A DNA stretch of 64,000 nt. Source: Mobula hypostoma. Its lineage: Eukaryota. Under the pieces are notes generated by a model. The model was given only the letters and a program-made list of their open reading frames with translations. It was not told the origin of the DNA and searched no databases. The position numbers were made by a program, and so were the translations under genes. Below are positions 49,349-60,600 of this stretch, piece by piece. The DNA is taken from assembly GCF_963921235.1 (NCBI RefSeq), contig NC_086098.1:5146001-5210000 (forward strand). The letters run 5' to 3'. Within the stretch, counting starts at the first letter, position 1. Every line of letters begins with the position of its first letter.

Positions 49349-50408
49349 AAATATAGAAACATAGAAAATAGGTGCAGGAGTAGGCCATTTGGCCCTTCCA
49401 GCCTGCACCGCCATTCAGTACGATCATGGCTGATCATCCAACTCAGAACCCTGTACCAGCCTTCCCTCCATACCCCCGATCCCTTTAGCCACAGGGGCCA
49501 TATCTAACTCCCTCTTAAATATAGCCAATGAACTGGCCTCAACAGTTTCCTGTGGCAGAGAATTCCACAGATTCACCACTCTCTGTGTGAAGAAGTTTTT
49601 CCTAATCTCGGTCCTAAAAGGCTTCCCCTTTATCCTCAAACTGTGACCCCTCGATCTGGACTTCCCCAACATCGGGAACAATCTTCCTGCATCTAGCCTG
49701 TCCAATCCCTTTAGGATTTTATACGTTTCAATCAGATCCCCCCTCAATCTTCTAAATTCCAACAAGTATAAGCCTAGTTAATCCAGTCTTTCATCATATG
49801 AAAGTCCTGCCATCCCAGGAATCAATCTGGTGAACCTTCTTTGTACTCCCTCTATGGCAAGGATGTCTTTCCTCAGATTAGGGGACCAAAACTGCACACA
49901 ATACTCCAGGTGTGGTCTCACCAAGGCCTTGTACAACTGCAGTAGTACCTCCTTGCTCCTGTACTTGAATCCTCTCGCTATAAATGTCAGCATACCATTC
50001 GCCTTTTTCACCGCCTGCTGTACCTGCATGCCCACTTTCAATGACTGGTGTATAATGACACCCAGGTCTCATTGCACCTCCCCTTTTCCTAATCGGCCAC
50101 CATTCAGATAATAATCTGTTTTCCTGTTTTTGCCACCAAAGTGGATAACTTCACATTTATCCACATTAAATTGCATCTGCCATGAATTTGCCCACTCACC
50201 TAACTTATCCAAGTCACCCTGCATCCTCTTAGCATTCTCCTCACAGCTAACACTGCCGCCCAGCTTTGTGTCATCCGCAAACTTGGAGATGCTGCATCTA
50301 ATTCCCTCGTCTAAGTCATTAATATATATTGTAAACAACTGGGGTCCCAGCACTGAGCCTTGCGGTACCCCACTAGTCACTGCCTGCCATACTGAAAAGG
50401 TCCCGTTT
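49349..50408 (-). mobile_element. 5'-truncated CR1
   Basis: Tail, 3' hairpin and RT ORF pieces 49424-50408. Confidence 0.93.
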
Positions 50409-50613
50409 GTTCCAGAAATTCTATGAAAATGAATAAACAGTTGATGTTTCGGGCTGAGACCCTTCTTCACGATTGAAAGGGAAGGGAGAAGACGTCAGAA
50501 TAAAAATATAGGAGGAGGGGAAGAAAAACTAACTAGGAGGCTATAGATGAAGCCAGGTGGGTTGGAATGTGGGAACATTCCTGTTCTGACATGTCAGCCC
50601 GTGGCCTCCTGTT

Positions 50614-51280
50614 TTGAATTGAATTGAATGATCTTTATTGTCATTATACATAGGTACGATGAAACTCTGTTTGGCTTCCTCTCAGGCAATTAAATAAAGT
50701 GGTAGATAAAAACAAGACAGTAATAGAAAAACAATAGTAAATAGATAAATAACAGAAAATAAGTTGCAACAGCACCAGAATATCACAGTAATGCACAAAG
50801 TGCCATTAGTGCAAGTATTTGAGTCCTTGTATGGACATGTGTGTGCTCACAGTTTCAGTCATTGTTCTGTGGGAGTGGTGTGATGGAGGCCACAGCTCTG
50901 GGATAGAAGCTGTTCCTCAGTCTATTTGTTCTGGCTTTTAGTGTCCTGAACCTTTTGCTGGAGGGCAGCGGGTCGAACAGGGAGTGGCCGGGGTGTGTGG
51001 TGTCTCTGGTTATGCTGATTGCTTTCCTCCTGAGTCTGCTGGAGTAGGGGGTGTCCAGCCCTGGGAGCTCCATCCTGACAATTCGCTGGGCCGCCTTCAC
51101 CACGCGATGCAGGTCTTGTCGCTCAGCCGCTGTGCAGCTGGCATACCACACTGTGGCACTGTTGGTCAGGATGGTTTCAACTGTGCTTCTGTAGAAGTTA
51201 AGCAACAGCTTTTGTGGGAGTCGGGCCTGTTTCAGCTTTCTGAGGAAGAAGAGTCTTTGTTGTGCCTTTTTTACAAGCAA
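50614..51280 (-). mobile_element. Rex1/Babar-type LINE family C, 3' fragment
   Basis: KKAQQRLFFLRKL..LPSSKRFRTLKARTNRLRNSFYPRA; (CAATT)n tail. Confidence 0.88.
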
Positions 51281-51651
51281 CGAGGGAATGGGGATAGAAA
51301 GTAAAATGGCTGGCCATCGGTTCTGACTTGGGCCTCATCTTTTACTACGATGAGGCCACTCTCAGAGTTGAGGAAAACCCCTCATATTCTGTCTAGGTCG
51401 CCTTCAACCTGATGACATGAATAAACTTCTCCTTCCTGTAGTTTTTTCCTCTCCAGCCTCTTAACCTACCTATCACCTCCCCCCGGCTCCCCGGCTCCTT
51501 CTTTTCTGCTCTGGTGCACTCTTCTCTCCTATCGGATTCCTTCCTCTCTCGCCCTTTACCTTTCCCACCCACCTGGCTTCACCTGTCACCTTCTAGCTAG
51601 CTTCCTTCCCCTCCCCCATCTTCTTATTCTGACATCTTTCCCTTTCCTTTC

Positions 51652-51689
51652 CAGTCCTGAAGAAGGGTCTCGACCCGAAACGTTGACTG
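51652..51689 (+). ncRNA. Minimal type I hammerhead ribozyme motif (Penelope-associated)
   Basis: CAGTC-CTGAAGA-AGGGTCTCGACCC-GAAA-C-GTT-GACTG: stem I, intact core, stem II, palindromic AACGTT in place of stem III. Confidence 0.8.
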
Positions 51690-52066
51690 TTTATTCATTT
51701 TCACAGCTCTTGCCTGATCTGCTGAGTTTCTCCACCATCTTGTGTGTGTTGCAAAGGAGTTGTAATATAAATTTGTATACAGAGTTATCTATGACTCTTT
51801 GATTCCAGATCTACTGCTTATATTATTTTCTCTTATTTTGAATAAGAGCTATAGGAACTGTATCTGCTGACATATGTGTACTTAGATAATAAATTTACTC
51901 AAGTTTGACATCAATTTATTTGCATTATTTATGATTCACTACCAACTTCTCAGAATCACACTAATTATCATTAACTGTATGTTGTTATATTTGTTGCTTT
52001 AAGGTAGCAATATGGTGCAACATATAAAATATACAATTATATATATATATATATACTTTGGGGTAT

Positions 52067-52249
52067 GGGGTGTCAGGGAGGGGTAGCACCTCTGGTGGGG
52101 GAACATGTCACGTCCTTTTCAGGGCTGTTAGTCCACCTTTGGTCCCCACCTGGCACTCAGCTCTCACCTGTGGCTCCCCGTAGCTGTTTGCATGCGACAG
52201 TGGCCACACCCTGAGCAACGGCTTCAACAAGCCGGCTAAACCAGGTGAG
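52067..52249 (+). ncRNA. HDV-like self-cleaving ribozyme candidate
   Basis: P1 GGGGTGT/ACACCCT, P2 CTCACCTGT/ACCAGGTGAG, P3 GGC/GCC, L3 TCCCCGT plus 21-nt insert, P4 CGGCTT/AAGCCG, J4/2 GCTAA. Confidence 0.72.
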
Positions 52250-52620
52250 GGTAGCCGACGGGTCTCAAACCCTCGGTGAGATAGGGAGTTGTCTATCCCA
52301 GCATGTGAAGACAGACTCCAGCGGATTGAGTGGACAAGACCAATGGAAGGTCCAACGGTCAAGAAGGTGGTCTCTGCAAGCGTCGTGGAACGTGTAGAGC
52401 AGGACAAGACACAGAAGACGTCCTGGTCATCCACTGCGCCTAGTCCCATCTCCAGCCGCCTCAACTCTGTCTTGCCACTGGATCCAGATGGGAATTGGGA
52501 AGAGAGAGTGAGGCTGACGCTGCGCAACTCTCCCTCACTTAAATCCAAGTCACGCGCTAGTTTCAACACCATCATAATGGTGTCGAGGTCCTCATCGACG
52601 TCAACGATGGACAAACAACA
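52067..52620 (+). mobile_element. ORF-less non-autonomous retroelement (possibly RTE-related) headed by an HDV-like ribozyme
   Basis: First 250-300 bp homologous to 56882 onward; 3' hairpins and (CAA)-like tail. Confidence 0.7.
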
Positions 52621-53539
52621 TATAAGTAGAGAGAGAGAGAGAGGGTGGGAGAGGGAAAGAGAGAGGAAGAGAGAGGGATGGATAGATAGATAGTTGGAGG
52701 GAGAGGGAGGGTGAGAGTTTATGGACCATTCAGAAACCTGATTGCAGAGGGAAAGAAACTGTTCCTAAAATTCGGAATGACAGGATATATAAAAAATTCT
52801 GAAAGGAAAAATGTTTGAAATAAAATCCACCAGACAGAGAGAAAGCATTTCTGGTCATGCATATCACAAATAAATTTCACCGTACTTTTAACTGTGCGAA
52901 AATCTTGCGTTTGAGGGGAGTCTTGAGGGTTTACAATATCAAGCCTTGAGTAGAAGGGCATCTGTATGGAGAAAGATCTTTTGTCTCATTGAAAGTCCAT
53001 GAAGCATGTTAATAAATGTTTAAAAATGAATTAGGGATGAATTGGTGAATAGTGAGGAGTATCGAATTTTCACAATTATATTCTACTTATGTGCTTGCTT
53101 CCTAGCATGTCACAGAAACCACAACAAGAATCAAAGACCTGAAATTGGATAAACATTCCATTGATGCCCTAATGCAGAAGGTTCTGAAGACAGTCAATTA
53201 AGAAACAAAAGCAAGGAATTACCGTCAATATGCTTTTGTGACGAGCTCCCATTTAGCCATGTGAGAATTCTCCTGATGGTAAGGCAAGAGACAGCTCTAG
53301 CATTCTTAATTTTGTTTTCAATTTCTCCAGTCAGCAGAAGAAGCTATTTCATTTCTATCCAGTGGACCACCTATTCAAAATTCCAAAGGTGATGAAAATG
53401 TCGAAAACAATCCTGAAATATGGCACCGTGACAGGAAGGTATTGCATTAGAAGAGGTAAGAACAGGGGAAGAATTGTCACTCCAGGTGACAGAAACTCAA
53501 CAAAGTCGGTTTCACTCTGAGCTGCCGAGCTCTCTCCTT

Positions 53540-54010
53540 TGCTCCTGACTCCAGTCACTGTAGTCTCCTTTGTCCACAGACTTTTGGACCCTGGGCTTCA
53601 ATATCATCATCTCCCTGAACATCTTTTCATTACTAATATTGATTTCTTTCTCTTTCTCCCACTCACTGACATCTAACGTTGCCTAATTTCTCTGGGTGAT
53701 TATCAGTGCCTTTTGTTTGAAGACATACTCAATGTAGTATTCATACCTTTGTTGCCCCCTTATACATTCACCTTCTGACTCTTCACCAATCTTCACATAT
53801 CTACATCTTCACGTATCTCTTCAGCAATCTTCACATATTTCTTCACAAATCTTCACCAATCTTCACAAATCTTCACCAATCTTCACATATTTCTGATTAT
53901 AAGATGCCTTCGCTAATCTTTTTCACTTCATGTATTTATGAAAGCTTTTAGTCAACTTTTAGTTTCCCTGTGAGCCTATCTCATACTTTATTTTATCCCT
54001 CTTTTATAAT
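53540..54010 (-). mobile_element. Very old CR1 remnant containing a 10-bp tandem array (TCTTCACNAA, about 53780-53890)
   Basis: Decayed similarity to the KSFY..LNEY..SVF region; the array is directly visible. Confidence 0.5.
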
Positions 54011-54384
54011 TCCATCATTAAGGATCTTCGTCACTCTCTTCTCATTGCTAGCATCAGGAAGGAGGTACAGAAGCCTGAAGACACACACTCAGCAATTCAG
54101 GAACAGCTTCTCCACTGTCAACAGATTTCTGAACAGACAATGAACCAAACCATGAACACCACCTCACTAAGGTTATTCAGGCAAACTATATGGTTGTACA
54201 CACTGTATAAAGCTGAGGCTTCACATTATCGACTGATAGAAACCTGCACTGTAAGGTGACTGAGCCAACTGTTTCATTACCATGTTGCCTACCTCGTCAC
54301 TGTCGTACCCCACTAGTCAACACTTGCCATCCTGAAAAAGATCCATTGATTCTTACCACCTCTTTCGGTACTCTGTAATGTAGA

Positions 54385-55790
54385 TAGTCATAGTCATAGT
54401 CATACTTTATTGATCCCGGGGGAAATTGGTTTTCGTTACAGTTGCACCATAAATAATAAATAGTAATAAAACCATAAATAGTTAAATACTAATATGTAAA
54501 TTATGCCAGGAAATAAGTCCAGGACCAGCCTATTGGCTCAGGGTCTGACCCTCCAAGGAAGGAATTGTAAAGTTTGATGGCCACAGGCAGGAATGACTTC
54601 CTATGACGCTCTGTGTTGCATCTCGGTGGAATGAGTCTCTGGCTGAATGTACTCCTGTGCCCACCCAGTACATTATGTAGTGGATGGGAGACATTGACCA
54701 AGATGGCATGCAACTTGGACAGCATCCTCTTTTCAGACACCACCGTCAGAGAGTCCAGTTCCATCCCCACAACATCACTGGCCTTACAAATGAGTTTGTT
54801 AATTCTGTTGGTGTCTAAGACCCTCAGCCTGCTGCCCCAGCACACAACAGCAAACATGATAGCACTGGCCACCACAGACTCGTAGGTCATACTCAGCATC
54901 GTCCAGCAGACGTTAAAAGACCTCAGTCTCCTCAGGAAATAGAGACGGCTCTGACCCTTCTTGTAGACAGCTTCAGTGTTCTTTGACCGGTCTAGTTTAT
55001 TGTCAATTCGTATCCAGGTATTTGAAATCCTCCACCATGTCCACACTGACCCCCTGGATGGAAACAGGGGTCACTGGTACCTTAGCTCTCCTCAGGTCTA
55101 CCACCAGCTCCTTAGTCTTTTTCACATTAAGCTGCAGATAATTCTGCTCACACCATGTGACAAAGTTTCCAACCGTAGCCCTGTACTCAGCCTCATCTCC
55201 CTTGCTGATGCATCCAACTATGGCAGACTCATCAGAAAACTTCTGAAGATGACAAGACTCTGTGCAGTAGTTGAAGTCCGAGATGTAAATGGTGAAGAGA
55301 AAGGGAGACAAGACAGTTCCCTGTGGAGCCCCAGTGCTGCTGATCACTCTGTCGGACACACAGTGTTGCAAGCACACGTACTGTGGTCTGCCAGTCAGGT
55401 ATATCAAGAATCCGTGACACCAGGGAAGCATCCACCTGCATCGCTGTCAGCTTCTCCCCCAGCAGAGCAGGGCGGATAGTGTTGAACGCACTGGAGAAGT
55501 AAAAAAACATGACCCTCACAGTGCTCGCTGGCTTGTTCAGGTGGGCATAGAAATGGTTCAGCATTTAGACGATGGCATCCTTAACTCCTAGTCGGGGCTG
55601 GTAGGCGAACTGGAGGGGATCTAAGTGTGGCCTGACCATAGGCCGGAGCAGCTCCAGAACAAGTCTCTCCAGGGTCTTCATGATGTGGGAGATCAATGCC
55701 ACTGGTCTGTAGTCATTGAGGCTGCTGGGGCGCGGCGTCTTCGGCACAGGGACGAGGCAGGACGTCTTCCACAGCATGGGAACCCTCCGG
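54385..55790 (-). mobile_element. Rex1/Babar-type LINE family A (longest copy)
   Basis: LVPVPK..NDYRPVAL..DPLQFAY, FSSAFNTI, GAPQGTVLSP; (ACTATG)n tail. Confidence 0.93.
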
Positions 55791-56881
55791 AAATCATCAT
55801 GACCTTGGCTTTTCTTGGTTTCAGAGCCACCATTGAGCACACCTACAAGGAGCATTGTCGCAGGAAAGCATCATCAAGGACCTCCACCATCCAGGTCATT
55901 CTCTTTTCTCACAGCTGACATTAGGAAGAAGGTACAGGAGCTTCAGACCCCACACAACCAAGTTCAGGAACAGTAAATACCTTACAACCATCAGGCTCTT
56001 GAACCAGAGGAGGTAACTTCACTCAACTTCACTTGCTCCATTACTGAACTGTTTCCACAACCTATTGTCTCACTTTCAAGAACTCTTCATCTCATGTTCA
56101 TGATATTTATTGCTTTTTTGGTTTTTTTCCTTATTATAATTTGCAGTCTGCTGCCTTTTGCACATTTGTTTGTTCACCTTGGGAGCGGTTTCTCATTGAT
56201 ACTATTATGTAGTTTTGTATTTACTGTGAATGCCCTTAAGAAAATGAATCTCAGCGTTGGATATGGTGACATGTATGTACTTTGATATTAAATTTACTTT
56301 GAACTTTGAACTCCCTGTGGTATTAGGCGAAAAACAAAACAATGCTGGAGGAGAAGGAAGAGTTAGCAAGATATTTATCATCATGGCATCTCAGCCAAGA
56401 AGCTCTGACAATCTTTTGTTGAGCTTTGAAACCAAAGATTTGTGTCAGTCAGTTGTGTGAAGTCTCAGCTTTACATGATATATACAACTGTATGGTTTGC
56501 CTGAAAGATCCTGGGCATAATTCTTCTGAATTCAAAATGGTTCTGCTTGAGGGAGTAATTTACAAGTTTACAGAATCAAACCCCAGCTAATGCAATTGTT
56601 AAGTGCAAATTTTAACCTTTGACAATTTCTGTTTATTTTAGTCAAAAATAAATTTTACAAATCAGAATTACATTAGTAACACCTTGTGATAAAGAAGCAA
56701 TCCATTCTTCATTCTAATTACATAGTGTATATCTGTTCATTCTGGTGGATGAATCAAATTTAATTAAATGCCAAGTAAGCAAAATAATTCACTTAATAAC
56801 AACAAATAAATCATAGACCCAAGTGAAGAATTAAGCAATGGGAGAGCTGAATAGCATTGGAGTTAGTGTAATGCTGCTACA

Positions 56882-57071
56882 GGGGTGTTTGGTGGGGTAG
56901 CACCTCTGGTGAAGGGGCTTGTGGAGTCCATTCTGGGGCAACTCACTCACCTTTGACTCCCCCCCCCCCAATGGACACTCCGCTCTCAACTGTGGCTCCG
57001 AGTAGCTGTTTGTATGTGACAGCAGCCACACCCCGGTACACCGTTTCGACAGGCAGGCTAAACCAGGTGGG
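56882..57071 (+). ncRNA. HDV-like self-cleaving ribozyme candidate
   Basis: P1 GGGGTGT/ACACCCC, P2 CTCAACTGT/ACCAGGTGGG, P3 GGC/GCC, L3 TCCGAGT plus 21-nt insert, P1.1 GG, J4/2 GCTAA; P4 decayed. Confidence 0.7.
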
Positions 57072-57416
57072 GTGGCCAGTGCCCTCATGCTCTGGTGAGA
57101 TAGGGACATGCTTGTCCAAGCATAGGAAGTCAGCTCCGGCAGACTGGACGGATGAGGTCTACAGTGAGATCCAGCGGCCAGGAAGCTGGCTCTGCAATGC
57201 TTCATCGAGAATAAAGGGCATAGTAAGGCTCAGAAGTCACGGTCATCCACTGCAACTGAGGAAGGTCCCAGCTGTGATGAGTACTTGTATCACTGGACCT
57301 GGACTTCTGAGATAAAGAGTATGGAACTGTCCCAGTGCAGTGGCTTTTCCACTTTAAAAACTCTCCTGCACAGGCTTCCTGCCATCTTCGGGTACAACAG
57401 ACAGCCACCACCCACA
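56882..57416 (+). mobile_element. Second ribozyme-headed ORF-less retroelement, inserted in a V-SINE-like element
   Basis: Homologous 5' half to 52067; different 3' half ending in a (CCA)-like tail. Confidence 0.7.
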
Positions 57417-57649
57417 TTACAGTGCCAGTGACTTGGGTTCAATTCCCGCTGCTGTCTGTAAGTGTCTCCATGACTATGTGGATTTCCTCCGGGTGTCCTA
57501 CATTCATCCCACATTCCAGAGACATATGGGTTGGTGGATTAATTGGTCACAGGGGTGTAATTAGGTGGTACAGCTCTTTGGGCCAGAAGGATCTGTTACC
57601 ATGTTAATCTCTAAATAAACAAAATTAAAATTACAGTCATCTAATGTCC

Positions 57650-60600
57650 TGAGCTGCGTATATTTCAATATCATAGGAAAGGCGGATGAGCTCAGGGCCT
57701 GGATCAACACCTGGAATTGTGATATTGTAGCCATTAGTGAGACTTGGTTGCACGAGGGGCAGGACTGGCAGCTCAGTATTCCGGGGTTCTGTTGTTTTGG
57801 ATGTGATGGAATGGGAGGGATTAAATTGGGAGGGGTTATGTCATGACAATGCTCATTCAGAACAGATTGAAGAACACGTCTATTGAAGTGTTATGGATGC
57901 AACTGAGAAATAGGAAAGGTGTGACCATGTTAATGGGGCTACATTACAGATCACCCAATGGTCCTTGGGATTTAGTGGAACAAATTTGTAAAGAGATTGC
58001 TGACTGTTGCAAGAAATATAAGGTTGTTATAGTAGGTGATTTTAACTTTCCACATATTGACTGGTACTGCCATACTGTAAGAGGGCTTGATGGGATAGAG
58101 TTTGTCAAATGTGTTCAGGGAAGTTTCCTCAATCAGTATATAGAAGTCCCAAAGAGAGAGTGTGCAATACTTGATCCCCTGTCAGATGAGGCAGGTGATT
58201 GAAGTTTGTGTAGCAGAACACTTTGCACCCAGTGCTCATAATACCATTAGTTTCAAAGTAAATATGGAAAAAGACAGGTCTACTCCTTGGGTTGAGATTA
58301 TAAACTGAAGAACGGCTCAGTTTGATGGTGTCAGGAAGGATCTGGCAAGTGCGGATTGGAAGAGGCTGTTTCTGGCCAAGCTGGTCTTGGAAATTGGGAG
58401 GCCTTCAAAAGTGAAAATTAGAGAGTGAAAAACTTGTATGTGTCTGTCAGAATAAAAAGGCCAAGTTAACAGGCTTAGGGAACCTTGGTCTTCAAAAGAC
58501 ATTGAGGCCCTGATTCAGGGGGAGAAAAAGGTGTATGGGCAGGTAAGAACAAATGAGGTGCTTATGGAGTATGAGAAATGCAAGAGGATACTTATGAAAG
58601 AAATTGGGAGGGTAAAAGAAGGCATGAGGTTGCTGTAGCAAGCAAGGTAAAGGAGAATCCTAAGGATTGCAAAGGACAAAATTGGTCCTCTGGAAGATCA
58701 AAATGGTAAGCTATCCGTGGAGTCAAAAGAGATGGGGAGATCTTAAATGGATTTTTTTGCATCTCTATTTACTTAGGAGATGGATACAGGGTCTATTGAA
58801 GTGAGGCAAAACAGCAGCAAGGTCCTGGGTCCTATACAAATTACAGAGGAGGAGGTGTTTGGTGTCTTGAGACAAATTATGGTGGATAACTCCCAGGGCC
58901 TGGCATGGCATTCCTTCAGACCCCATGGCAGGCAAATGGGGAAATTGCTGGGGACCATAGCAGAGATGTTTAGATCATCTTTAGCGCCAGCTGAGTTACT
59001 AGAGGACTGAAGCATAGCAAATGTTTTTCCGCTGTTTAGGAAAGGCTCTAAAATAAACCAGGAAGTGACAGGCCAGTGAGCCTGGCATCAGTAGTTATTG
59101 GAATGTATTCTAAAGGATCAGATATATAGATACATATATTTGAAACATAGAAACATAGAAACATAGAAAATAGGTGCAGGAGTAGGCCATTCGGCCCTTC
59201 GAGCCTGCACCGCCATTTATTATGATCATGGCTGATCATCCAACTCAGAACCCCGCCCCAGCCTTCCCTCCATACCCCCTGACCCCTGTAGCCACAAGGG
59301 CCATATCTAACTTCCTTTTAAACATAGCTAATGAACTGGCCTCAACAGTTTGCTGTGGCAGAGAATTCCACAGATTCATCACTCTCTGTGTGAAGAAGTT
59401 TTTCCTAATCTCGGTCCTAAAAGGCTTCCCCTCTATCCTCAAACTGTGACCCCTTGTTCTGGACCTCCCCAACATCGGGAACAATCTTCCCGCATCTAGC
59501 CTGTCCAATCCCTTTAGGATCTTATACGTTTCAATCAGATCCCCCCTCAATCTTCTAAATTCCAACGAGTACAAGCCCAGTTCATCCAGTCTTTCTTCAT
59601 ATGAAAGACCTGCCATCCCAGGAATCAATCTGGTGAACCTTCTTTGTACTCCCTCTATGGCAAAGATGTCTTTCCTCAGATTAGGGGACCAAAACTGCAC
59701 ACAATACTCCAGGTGTGGTCTCACCAAGGCCTTGTACAACTGCAGTAGTACCTCCCTGCTCCTGTACTCGAATCCTCTCGCTATAAATGCCAGCATACCG
59801 TTCGCCTTTTTCACCGGCTGCTGTACCTGCATGCCCACTTTCAATGACTGGTGTATAATGACACCCAGGTCTCCTTGCACCTCCCCTTTTCCTAATCGGC
59901 CACCATTCAGATAATAATCTGTTTTCCTATTTTTGCCACCAAAGTGGATAACTTCACATTTATCCACATTAAATTGCATCTGCCATGAGTTTGCCCACTC
60001 ACCCAACCTATCCAAGTCACCCTGCATCCTCTTAGCAACCTCCTCACTGCTAACACTGCCACCCAGCTTCGTGTCATCCGCAAACTTGGAGATGCTGCAT
60101 TTAATTCCCTCATCCAAGTCATTAATATATATTGTAAACAACTGGGGTCCCAGCACTGAGCCTTGCGGTACCCCACTAGTCACCGCCTGCCATTCTGAAA
60201 AGGTCCCGTTTATTCCCACTCTTTGCTTTCTGTCTGCTAACCAATTCTCCACCCACACCAATACCTTACCCCCAATACCGTGTGCTTTAAGTTTGCACAC
60301 TAATCTCCTGTGTGGGACCTTGTCAAAAGCCTTTTGAAAATCCAAATATACCACATCCACTGGTTCTCCCCTATCCACTCTACTAGTTACATCCTCAAAA
60401 AATTCTATGAGATTCGTCAGACATGATTTTCCTTTCACAAATCCATGCTGACTTTGTCCAATCATTTCACCGCTTTCCAAATGTGCTGTTATCACATCCT
60501 TGATAACTGACTCCAGCAGTTTCCCCACCACCGACGTTAGGCTAACCGGCCTATAATTCCCCGGTTTCTCTCTCCCTCCTTTTTTAAAAAGTGGGGTTAC

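Larger units (their letters stand above)
49271..51752. mobile_element. Penelope-like element with inverted pseudo-LTRs, carrying nested CR1 and Rex
   Basis: Left arm 49271-49348 plus 50420-50570; right arm about 51320-51752 with GIY-YIG C-terminal remnant and hammerhead; degenerate TSD AAAGGAATTTTA (49259-70) / AAAGGAGTTGTA (51753-64). Confidence 0.75.
56850..57622 (+). mobile_element. tRNA-derived V-SINE/HE1-like SINE (about 56850-56881 and 57417-57622)
   Basis: B-box-like GGTTCAATTCC; GGATTTCCTCCGGGTG..TCCCACATTCCA core; AATAAA end. Confidence 0.65.

Noticed and set aside
52108..52693. ORFs in the ribozyme-headed element
   Set aside because: No recognisable domain and not conserved in the 56.9 kb relative.
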